64,000 nucleotides of DNA, taken from a virus. A model generated the notes under the pieces. It searched no databases. It was not told the origin of the DNA and was given only the letters and a program-made list of their open reading frames with translations. Location of the stretch: IMG/VR virus record IMGVR_UViG_3300035034_001216, positions 8,522-72,521 of that record. The stretch is one strand, 5' to 3'. The position numbers were made by a program, and so were the translations under genes. The first letter of the stretch is position 1, and every line of letters begins with the position of its first letter. Below, in pieces: positions 19,872 to 30,100 of the stretch.

Positions 19872-22800
19872 ATGATTTGTAAATATAGATATAAAGGTCA
19901 AATGTATTCTGAAGACGAGATTAGAAATCTTCTCGGTAATGAGTTCTTTGAAAAGGAACAATTTAATATTAAAGAATACGAAGGTGCAGGAGCAGGTATG
20001 ACTACTTACTCTCCTATTAGACTTGTTACTCTTAATGAGATTTTTGGTAGTGATACAGAAAGCCTTATACGTGCTCAGGACATTATTACTAAGCGTATGG
20101 GAGAAATAGTCTATATAGGTAACGTGGGTGAAAATAAGACCCGAGGTGTAAGAAATGAAGATGGCACATTAAAAGAAGAGCAGAGTTATATATTCAAATT
20201 AAATAAAAAAGTTCAAGAGGGAAGATCTTTATTAGGACCTATACCCAAAAGAAGTTTATATGTCCCCGAAACTTTAGAAAGAGCAAGTGAAACAATGTAC
20301 CAAAACATTGTAAGATATTTGAGACTTGTTGAAGATATGCAAAAGAAAAGGCCTTTGACTGAAAAGGAAGAAGCTAAATTTTTACCATTGTATACATCAC
20401 TTTCTAAGCTTGAAGACAAAAATAATTTTAAACACTTTTTGTCTACAATGTATCCAGAAGGTAGAAATACTATTAACAGTTCTAATTTAAATACTTTAGA
20501 TCCATTAAGTGATCAAGATATACAAACTATATATGTTGACATTCAAGACAATATAAAGAAAGATCAAGAAAAAAGTCAGTCTAAACATATAAAGTTTCTT
20601 ACAAATTTTATTGAGTACCAAACCCTTTCCCCTGAAGGTAAAGAAGTTATGAAGATTATTAGACAGCCTAAGTTTTCATATCTTGTTCTATTAGAAACTT
20701 TATCGGGTTCTTTTAATAGTAGGAATTTATTGTATGAACTAGATAGAACCTTTAAAAATTTAATGGGTATTTCTCCAGATACTGATATATCAAATCTTAC
20801 TGAAAAACAACAAAAGATAAAAGGTATATATATAAAGCTGACTGAGTTAATTACATATCAATTAGAAACAGGTCTTGAAATACAAGAAGATAATATCCTA
20901 AACTCAATAAAGTTTGAAGGAGAAGACAATTTAATATTTGATAATACTTTTAAATTAAATCTTCATAAAACTTTTAATAGTAAAATAAACAAAGACTCTA
21001 ATAAAATAATAACAAGAACTAGAATTAAAGGTGGTAAGAAAGGAGTAGAAACTACCTATGATTTTTTAGAAAGAATGGTTAAAGTTATAAATAGTCAAAT
21101 TTTAGCAAACCCTAATCTTTCAGAAAAAGATTTAGTAGGTATAAAAGATTTAGCTAAAGCATGGACTTATCACTATAATAAACTAACCCTTCAAGATTTA
21201 TTTTCATTACTATCTTCTCAAAGAAATTCTCATCCTGAAATTACAGGTATAAGCGGTAAATATGGAAGTATAGTATTCACGACAAGACCTATTACTAAGG
21301 GATCTCATGCTTATGATTTGCGTACTATATTTAGTGACAAGCTTATAAGAATGTTTAATACCAAGTCAGCAGTTGATGAATTTAAAAAGAAACCTTATTA
21401 CAAAGAAATATTAAAACTTTCTGATCCTAAAAAGAAAAGTTTAGATGATAAAACAAAAGCTATTAATTTATTTACACGTAATTTATTAGGAAAAAATAAT
21501 ATCAAGATTACAAATAATGATGATCTACGTATTATATCAAGGCAAATTAATTATTTTTTTACAGAGCTTGATAAAATAACTATTACTCAAGAAGACTTAG
21601 ATCACCTTTCTGCTAGAATATTAGCTGGGGATCAAACTGTGGAAGATGAGATTGAAAACACTCCTTTAGCAGATGCTATAATAGAAGGCTCAGCTAACAC
21701 AATTGTTAGTAAATTAGCTGAGTATTATGATGAAGTAGGTACTAGATCTCAAAAAGCTGTGGGGGTTTCTGCAGACGGAACTCCGTTTTATGTATATCAT
21801 TTATCATCTTATATAGAAAAATTACATGATTATGTTGCTGAAGCAGAAGGATTTAATCAAGTAAGACGAGTCAAAAATAAGATAAGTAATGCAGAGAGAT
21901 TTGATATGCATCCCGAGTTGGTTAAAAAATACACGTCAAGAAATCCTATTGGTAAAAGAACATCTATTGGTAATATAAAATTAGATAGAGGTACAAAAAA
22001 TTATGGATTTCCTGTTATGTACAATCGTGAAAAAACTAATGATTGGTTTAAGCGTGAATTTTCTACAGGGTTTATAACAGCGGTTAAAAATTCTTCTAAT
22101 GATGTTATTTATTATAATCACTATTACGCTCCTATTTCAAATAAACCTAATGCAAAAATGGTTGAGTTAGAGGTATTAAGTAGTGCTAATTTAAGAGCTA
22201 ATATCAAAGATATAATTAGTATTATAGAAGATAGACCTGAAGATTTAAATGGACTAATAAAAAATTATAATAGCGAGGATACATTACTATTTAGAGTTCT
22301 AAATGAAGTTGATCGTAGCAAGTCTAGAGATGATGTTGTTAGTCAAATATATGATAAGTTATTAGATATTGCAATTGAAGAAGCTCAAGAGTTTGTTGTA
22401 GATAATGAGCTATATATTTCAAAAGAAATTAGAGATGTAGAAGCAAAGCTTAGAGGTAATGGTAAAATTGGAGAAGAACATGATAATAGATTACTTAAAG
22501 CATTAAAAAGAGCAAAAATCATAAGTGAAAAAGATCAGACAATAAATAAAAGTCCTGATTTTTCTTATGGTAGTAAAACATTAAGTGATAATAATACTAG
22601 CATTAAAAACTATGATAATAAAGTTCAAGAGTTTATAGAAGTATATTCCTATTTTTTTGTAAATCATTATGTAAACTCATTCCTATTAGGTGACTTATTT
22701 GTAGGGGACGCAGCCTTCTTTAAAGATGAAAACGATTACATAAAAAGATTATCTATACCTTTCTCTCCCGGAGTTAGTATGTTTGTTCAATCTGAAATGG

Positions 22801-25800
22801 GAGCACTACCTTCCTTTAGAATGGCAGTACTTAGAGAATATGATACTAGTGGTCCTGAAATAATGAAAGAGTTATTTGATAGACTTTTATCAGAGGCTAC
22901 AACTGCTGACGAAAAAAATTATATAATTAAAATGTTTGATGATTTTGATAGAGCGGACGCACAGGGTTTTGCAATGCCATCAAGATTAGATGATATACGA
23001 GAAGGAGCAGGTCAATCTTTCTCACAGGGTACTGCAATTAAGGGGGTTATTTACACTAAAAGAATTCAATCCTTAGATAGTATTAATGAAAACGGTAAAA
23101 TACAAAGTGAAGAAAGACTAATTCCTACTGCTGTTAAATATTCTACATTTGTATTAACAGATGGGTTATTACAATTTAAGACAGTTATTGATGAAAAAAC
23201 AAAAAAACCTATACGTAAATATAAATATCCCGCTGCTGCAAAATTAGCTGAATGGATGACTGCTAATAAAATAGATGAGGTAGTTTTTCAATCAGGAGTT
23301 AAAGTTGGTTCAGCTACTCCGGAGCATTTATATAGTTTAGAAGATATAGTAGCTCTTGATCGTAAACTGGATAAAGATGAATACTCTTCATTAAGTTCTG
23401 GAAATTATAATAAATCTAGTGCTGAGTACTATAAAGAAAGAATAGCAGCTATTGAATCAAAAGGTGATGATAATTATACAGAACAAGATATAGAAGATCT
23501 TAAAGTGTTAAGAAAAAGTCAGAGAGTAAATAATGTTAAACTTTCTGTAATGGAAATTAACAACTCTGATTTTAGATTACAGCAAAATCCTACTAGTAAT
23601 AAAGAGTTTAACAAGGAAAGTGCTACTCCCTCACAGCTTGTTTATGTTATGAATATAGCAGCTTCTTCTTTAATGAAAGATGAAGTAACAGGTATATATG
23701 ATAAGTTTTCTCAAATCATGAAGGTTCAGGGTAAAGAGTTAATGGATCAATTAATAAATCCTGATAATGTTAGTGCTGAATATTTCAAAAAAGTAATAGC
23801 TGATAAAATGAAAGGTCCCGGTAATGAAGGATTTGCTGAAGCTTTATCTGCGGGAGTTAATATTAATTTTCCTTCAATGATGCAAAAATTAGGAATTCAA
23901 TTTTCTTCTTTCATATCAAATGAAGTATTGGCAACTAAGTTTCCCGGAGGAAAATTTCAACTAGTATCTGATGTTATATACAATCATCCTGTAACAGGAA
24001 AACCATTGACTATTGTTAAGAATGAAGATGGTACGGCTGTGTATGCGGAGGTATTAGTTCCTAAAAGATTTGCTGATAGATTACCTATAGATACAATGTT
24101 AGGAATAGACGGAGTTACTATACGTATACCTACATCAGGGCTTCACTCTACACTTCCATTTAAAGTAGTGGGTTATACTGATGAAGACTCTGATATCTTC
24201 GTAGGACCGCAACATATGACACCCGTTCAAGGTAGTGACTTTGATGCTGATGCTGTGTTTATAATTAGAGATATAACTTGGCAAGATTTTGAAAAAATAT
24301 TCTTTCAAGAATTTAAATTAAGCAATGAATTAAAAAGTGATATAAGAAAGTATATTGCTAAAAATCATAATAAAAAAACTGAAGACTTAAATGGTGATCC
24401 TAAAATTTCATCTACCGTTGTGGAAGAAAAAGACTTGGAAAACTTTTTATCTGAGTTTATTAATTCTGAAGAAATTGATTTAAAAAAGTTTCAGAAGTTA
24501 CAAAAAATGACTAACCTTAGACAAGGTATTATACGTCATATAAAGAAAATTCTTTCTGACCCTTCTGATCATAATGTAAAAGAAATGTTTTCCCCTATAT
24601 ATATGGGCCTTATTAATTCAAAAGAAGGTAACAGTGTGTACAACTGGTTAGCGAAAATGAGAGAAGTTAATTTTGATGATCTATTAAAAAATCTAGATAT
24701 ATCCAGACCTCAATATAAAAACGCTTATTATCACAGGAATTTTGATGGTAATGCATTAACAGGTATTTTTGCTAACTTGTTTAAAGCATTGTCTTATATG
24801 GAAAAGGCAGGTATTAATGGTGAAAGACCTATGCTTAAGGAAAAGTTTTCTAAACAAAAGGATGAAAATGGTAAGTCTATCAAAGTTAAAAACACAACAT
24901 CTGATATTATAATTGGAGATGTCACTTACAATCAAATGCAAGAGAACACTACATTTCTTGACAATAATGTTAGTGTAAGAATGATAATGGATATCTTTAT
25001 CAACTTGGCTATTGATAACGTAAAAGAGCAAGGTCTTCCTACTATTAATGCTTCCACTCAAACGGCAGCTCCTTATGTATTAGGGCTATCACTAGGTATA
25101 CCGTTAGAACAAATGGTAGGTCTTATGACTTCTCCTATGGCTATGAAAATAAGTTACTTTAAAAAGAGATCTGCTCCTTCTATGGTTAGAAATGTTATTC
25201 AGGAGCTTTATGATCAAGAAGACTTAATGGACAAAGCATCTGAAATTGAAATCACTAAAGAACTATTAGAGAAGCAAACTCTTTATGACGGTAAACAATT
25301 GAAGAATTTAACAAAAGAAGAGCTTATAGAGCAATACGCACTTCTTAATTTCTTTGAAAAATTAAATACTCCTTCTGAGGAGTTGAATGATATATCTATG
25401 AACTTGAGTGTTATACAAAATATGCAAGTTAACTTCAAAGATATTGAAAAACTAGTTAACTACTTTAAAACTAAGCTTAAACTGTCTAAAGAAACGCTTG
25501 ATAAACAAGGAGACCAAAATGAAATTAACTTTCTGGGTAGTTTAAATTCCGAAGAAGTAGAATATAATTCAAATAACTTTTCTATGCCTGAGTTATTTAA
25601 ATCTGCTCCTCATATTTATCAATCAATTATTCATCAAAGAGCAATGCATGAGTATATTTCAAAATCATTACACATATATACACAGCAAGATCATTTTAAA
25701 ACGTTTTTGAAAAAGTTACAAGTTAACATTAGTGAGGGATTTAATCAAGAAGATAGAGAAGATTTTTTAAGAAAAGAAGTTTTACACTTTTTTGCATCTT

Positions 25801-27119
25801 CTTTACCCAAAGTAAAAGAAATAAGAGAGCATCCTAGGAATGCGACACATCCATCCTATAGTTTTATTACAATGTCTAATATAGATACATGGCAATACGA
25901 ATTTGCAGAACAAGTAAAAGTATTAAAAGATAAGTTTCCAACTAATACATTTTTAGCAGGGTTGCAAATAGTTTACAATAAAGGCGCAGGAAGAGCATTC
26001 ATATCTTTAAGTAGTGGTAGAGCTTTAGATCCTATTTACATGTATGAAATGCAAAATGATTTTAAACAGCTTCCTAAAAGTGTACAAGAAGAATTTGTTA
26101 AGTATGTGATAATGTTTTACGGGGGTAAGTTTGGTTCAGCAAATTTTGTTATGACCATTCCCGGAGAAAGATATGTTGACTATTCTAATGATATAGCAGA
26201 TCTATTAAAAGAAGTAATTGATAAAAATGTATCTGAAAAATTTGATGTTGTAAAAGACCTTCTTGAAATACAAGTGATGATCAACTCTCATGCTAAACTG
26301 TTTACATTTAATAAAAAATCAGTTGTAAGAGTTGAAAATGCTTCTTTTGAATTAGATAATAAGGATAAAGACCCTATATATTTTGATATGTATCATTCAA
26401 AAAGTATTGAAGCTGAAGGATTTCAATCTGATGAAAACAATAAAGACGAAGACCAAGACGATACAGAAGACGATATTAATGAAACACAAGTAGAGTTAGA
26501 GGATGATAGACTTAAAAGCGCTAAGAAAAAATATATATCATTTGCTTTTAGAAAGAAAGGAAAAAACGCTTCTTATTTTTATTCAGTTTATAGAAGAATT
26601 GATTTACCAACTGAGTTAATGCCAAAAGATTGGAAAGATAAAGATATATATAAATATATAGGTACTTTAAGAAACAGTAAGAGTTATACATTTGATTCGG
26701 AAACACTTGATGGGCAAACTATTGATTCTCGATCATACAAAATAGAAGAAAGATTTAATCCTTTTTTACCAAGCAGAGGTATAGATAAAAAAAGTTTTGA
26801 TGAAGGAAAATATACTCAATCAGTAGTTACTAGTGATATGAAGGAAGGTATGAACATTATAATGTATCCTTCTCAAGATTTTTCTAGACAAAATGCTAAG
26901 CTGTTTAAAGTAGATTCTGTAATTACAACTACTGAAGATGATGTGATTGTTAAAAAAATTACGTATATTGAAGTAGATAGTCAAGTACCTTTTGTAAAAG
27001 AAGTAGATACTAATTACGGAACTTACTCAGGTGTTGAATCTAAATTAAGTAAAGAAGAGCAGGCTATGTATTTAAAGTACCTGACCGAACTAAAGAATAC
27101 TGAAAACATTTGTGATTAG
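19872..27119 (+). CDS. virion-packaged DNA-dependent RNA polymerase (crAss-like, phi14:2 gp66-type)
   Basis: 2415 aa with catalytic GSDFDAD (about 24237-24251), plus KRL...FSPG, DAQGF, RIPTSGLHS and AIDNVK motifs characteristic of crAss-like vRNAPs. Confidence 0.9.
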   Translation: MICKYRYKGQMYSEDEIRNLLGNEFFEKEQFNIKEYEGAGAGMTTYSPIRLVTLNEIFGSDTESLIRAQDIITKRMGEIVYIGNVGENKTRGVRNEDGTLKEEQSYIFKLNKKVQEGRSLLGPIPKRSLYVPETLERASETMYQNIVRYLRLVEDMQKKRPLTEKEEAKFLPLYTSLSKLEDKNNFKHFLSTMYPEGRNTINSSNLNTLDPLSDQDIQTIYVDIQDNIKKDQEKSQSKHIKFLTNFIEYQTLSPEGKEVMKIIRQPKFSYLVLLETLSGSFNSRNLLYELDRTFKNLMGISPDTDISNLTEKQQKIKGIYIKLTELITYQLETGLEIQEDNILNSIKFEGEDNLIFDNTFKLNLHKTFNSKINKDSNKIITRTRIKGGKKGVETTYDFLERMVKVINSQILANPNLSEKDLVGIKDLAKAWTYHYNKLTLQDLFSLLSSQRNSHPEITGISGKYGSIVFTTRPITKGSHAYDLRTIFSDKLIRMFNTKSAVDEFKKKPYYKEILKLSDPKKKSLDDKTKAINLFTRNLLGKNNIKITNNDDLRIISRQINYFFTELDKITITQEDLDHLSARILAGDQTVEDEIENTPLADAIIEGSANTIVSKLAEYYDEVGTRSQKAVGVSADGTPFYVYHLSSYIEKLHDYVAEAEGFNQVRRVKNKISNAERFDMHPELVKKYTSRNPIGKRTSIGNIKLDRGTKNYGFPVMYNREKTNDWFKREFSTGFITAVKNSSNDVIYYNHYYAPISNKPNAKMVELEVLSSANLRANIKDIISIIEDRPEDLNGLIKNYNSEDTLLFRVLNEVDRSKSRDDVVSQIYDKLLDIAIEEAQEFVVDNELYISKEIRDVEAKLRGNGKIGEEHDNRLLKALKRAKIISEKDQTINKSPDFSYGSKTLSDNNTSIKNYDNKVQEFIEVYSYFFVNHYVNSFLLGDLFVGDAAFFKDENDYIKRLSIPFSPGVSMFVQSEMGALPSFRMAVLREYDTSGPEIMKELFDRLLSEATTADEKNYIIKMFDDFDRADAQGFAMPSRLDDIREGAGQSFSQGTAIKGVIYTKRIQSLDSINENGKIQSEERLIPTAVKYSTFVLTDGLLQFKTVIDEKTKKPIRKYKYPAAAKLAEWMTANKIDEVVFQSGVKVGSATPEHLYSLEDIVALDRKLDKDEYSSLSSGNYNKSSAEYYKERIAAIESKGDDNYTEQDIEDLKVLRKSQRVNNVKLSVMEINNSDFRLQQNPTSNKEFNKESATPSQLVYVMNIAASSLMKDEVTGIYDKFSQIMKVQGKELMDQLINPDNVSAEYFKKVIADKMKGPGNEGFAEALSAGVNINFPSMMQKLGIQFSSFISNEVLATKFPGGKFQLVSDVIYNHPVTGKPLTIVKNEDGTAVYAEVLVPKRFADRLPIDTMLGIDGVTIRIPTSGLHSTLPFKVVGYTDEDSDIFVGPQHMTPVQGSDFDADAVFIIRDITWQDFEKIFFQEFKLSNELKSDIRKYIAKNHNKKTEDLNGDPKISSTVVEEKDLENFLSEFINSEEIDLKKFQKLQKMTNLRQGIIRHIKKILSDPSDHNVKEMFSPIYMGLINSKEGNSVYNWLAKMREVNFDDLLKNLDISRPQYKNAYYHRNFDGNALTGIFANLFKALSYMEKAGINGERPMLKEKFSKQKDENGKSIKVKNTTSDIIIGDVTYNQMQENTTFLDNNVSVRMIMDIFINLAIDNVKEQGLPTINASTQTAAPYVLGLSLGIPLEQMVGLMTSPMAMKISYFKKRSAPSMVRNVIQELYDQEDLMDKASEIEITKELLEKQTLYDGKQLKNLTKEELIEQYALLNFFEKLNTPSEELNDISMNLSVIQNMQVNFKDIEKLVNYFKTKLKLSKETLDKQGDQNEINFLGSLNSEEVEYNSNNFSMPELFKSAPHIYQSIIHQRAMHEYISKSLHIYTQQDHFKTFLKKLQVNISEGFNQEDREDFLRKEVLHFFASSLPKVKEIREHPRNATHPSYSFITMSNIDTWQYEFAEQVKVLKDKFPTNTFLAGLQIVYNKGAGRAFISLSSGRALDPIYMYEMQNDFKQLPKSVQEEFVKYVIMFYGGKFGSANFVMTIPGERYVDYSNDIADLLKEVIDKNVSEKFDVVKDLLEIQVMINSHAKLFTFNKKSVVRVENASFELDNKDKDPIYFDMYHSKSIEAEGFQSDENNKDEDQDDTEDDINETQVELEDDRLKSAKKKYISFAFRKKGKNASYFYSVYRRIDLPTELMPKDWKDKDIYKYIGTLRNSKSYTFDSETLDGQTIDSRSYKIEERFNPFLPSRGIDKKSFDEGKYTQSVVTSDMKEGMNIIMYPSQDFSRQNAKLFKVDSVITTTEDDVIVKKITYIEVDSQVPFVKEVDTNYGTYSGVESKLSKEEQAMYLKYLTELKNTENICD

Positions 27120-27125
27120 AAAATT

Positions 27126-30100
27126 ATGGCATGTAAAGTAATATATAGAGGACAGGAATATAATGAAGACGTATTTCTATCAAGAGTTGAAAATAACTTA
27201 ATACCAGAAATTGAGTTTATTAATGCTATGGCTAACAAAACAGTTGGTTACGTTTTTAACAAACACAGTGATGTTTTTTATAAAGACGTTTCTGATTTAG
27301 ATCTAAATAAAAAGTCTTTTGAATCCAAAGTTTTACCCAAATTATCAGAAGCTTCTGGAACAATATATGATATTATTAAACATAAAATCCCCGAAGATTT
27401 AAAGATACTGAGTGTTGATGAAATAGGGTACAATAAAAGCAGAAGAGTTCTTGGCAATTATAACTATAATGAAAGAGAAATAAAAATATTTGATCATGAC
27501 GGTTATGAAGACAGTAAAGAACAAACTCTTATCCATGAGCTATTTCACAGTGCATTTGACGCTTTTATAGAAGCAGATGCTAGTCAGCTAACTTCAGAAC
27601 AAAATAGTGCTATAACAGAGCTTAAAGGGCTTTTTGAAGAATACCACGTTAATATTCCTGAAGGTGCAATTAATTTCAAAGAGGAATCTGATAATGTAAA
27701 AACTCAATTAAAAGAATTTATCAACGAGGCAATTACAAATCCTAAATTTTTAGAACAGTTAAACAAGATAAATATTAATAAATCTAGCAATGAAAATAAC
27801 CTTAATAAATGGGTACAAGCGTTTATAGATATTATTAATAAGTTATTTGGATTAACTGAGGGAAGCATGGCTTCAAGTCTTATGAGTAATGTTATTTTTT
27901 TAATGAATACTCCTAAGCCTGAGGTCTCTTATAAAGTTGCTATTGCAAACAGAGAGGCTCCTGATATATCAAAAGTTGATGAAGACGTTTTCGAAAATCA
28001 AAAAAAGTGGCAATCCATTATTGAAAAACATATGGATGATTTTAAAGAATTAAGCCACTTTGTAGATGATAAAGGAGAAGAACAAAATTATTATATGTGG
28101 CTTGGTCGTCGTTATGACGGTCTTACTTCTGTTATTAAAAATGACATTAGAGGTTTTCAAGAAGAGTTTGATTGGATACAAAATTTAGCTGATTATGAAT
28201 GGGATCAAGCGGGGTATAGTCCTAGCGTGATGCTCAACATAGTTGGTATGAAAGATAAAGTTGATAAAGCTGAGTTTATAAAAAGAAAAAGATATGAGTT
28301 AGAAACTAATATGGCTAAAGGTAGATTAATTCACTACCAATTTCAGATACATATTGGTAATGGAAATAGACAGGCTATTGAAAAAAAGATGGAAGACATT
28401 CGAGATGAATACAGTCTTAGAATGGAAAGCACATCATGGGTAGAAGGATTATATGAATTTTATAAAAATAATATGTCCTATACTAATAGGACTAAAGATT
28501 ATTCAGAAGTACCATTAGCTAGTGATGAATTAGGAATAGCTACTACAATTGACCATATGATTCTTTATGATGATGGTCAAGTAGGTATAAATGATTGGAA
28601 ATCTGGTAAGTCATTTGAGAATAAGGTCACCACTAATATGATGAAGTATGGTGATGTGCCGGGGATTGATATTGAAAATACTCCTATAAATGCTGCTAAA
28701 CTCCAAGTAATGCTGGGAGCAGTTCTTTGGAAAATGAAACATCCAGAAGCACAATTTAAAAAACTAACAGTTCAATGGGTTAATAGATCAAATGAAACTA
28801 AGAGATATAGACCTACATCTGATGTAGATGTTGAAAGTTATTTGAAATTGGTAGAAGAATGGATGTTAGACAATCATCCTGAAGTTCATAAAAAATATCA
28901 AAACACTGGTCTTTTTACTAAATCATCTTATACTGGTTATCATAATTACACAACTACTGAGATGTTAAGAAGGGGTGTTGAGCCTAGTAAATATGAACAA
29001 TTATTAGAAACTGACATTCTTAAAATAGCTCAATCAAAAGGATTTAGTGCTAGAAAAATAGCAGATCAGCAAGGTAGAGTTGGTTTGTCTGAAAGAGAGG
29101 AGTTAGCAGCAACAGCTAGAACATTACTAGAACTATCTGCAGGTGATGACCAATTTGATTCAAGAGGTGATAATCAGATAGCCAGAGACTTACACCCTAT
29201 AAAAAGGTGGATAGCTTCTTATGAAGATATAGATAACCCTTATTTGAACGAATTTAAAAAAATACTTGATAGAAAATCTAACTTAGCTAGAAGAGAAATA
29301 AATAAAAAACGTTTAGAATTTGAATCCCTGATGCTTCCTATTTATAAAACATGGATAGCTGCTCAAGGTAAAACGTTTTCACAAGCAGCATTTAAAGGTA
29401 GATTAACATCAGTTAGTCCTTGGAATGAAAAAGGAACAGGTTTATTTCAGTTTGCATGGATTAATGAAGAAATAGAGAAAGGATATAACAAAGATGTTCT
29501 TGTACATCCTGAAAAACATCCTGAAACTTGGAAAACTCTAAGTAATGACCAGCAAAAACTTTTAAATTTCTTTCATGATACTTTACATAGTTATTGGGAT
29601 CCAAAAAATCCTGAGTCATTAATGAATAAAGTTGTTGGTACAGATGCTAGAAATAGACCTATAACTAATTATGATAAAGTAAAAGGTAAGTTTGCTAACT
29701 TTGGTAATAAAATATATGAATACGAAAAGGGAATGACTCCTCGTTATCATATGGGAAGTAAAGAAGTTATAGATAGATTTAAGTTTGGCGGTAAAACTAT
29801 GCAATATATCTTCAATAAATACTTTACATTTAGGCTGGAAAATAACTGGGAGGAGTGGCAAAATGAAGAAGAAATAATCCCTGTAAAAGGTATTGAAAAC
29901 GATCATAATACTCAAGATGATATGTATACACGTAATGTGGAAATCATGTTTGACCGTATGGTTCGTAATATGGAACTCAAAGACAAGCTGGATTATGTAT
30001 ATGCATTAGGACAAGGTATACGTACTTACTTACGTTTAAAAGATGATGGTCAAGGAGCTAATATGTATAAAAATACTATTGACTTTTTAGAAGATCAATT

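Noticed and set aside
3684-29915. Short - strand ORFs inside the virion genes, and the nested + ORF at 16911-17177
   Set aside because: They are fully nested shadows of long genes, with no motifs or leaders.
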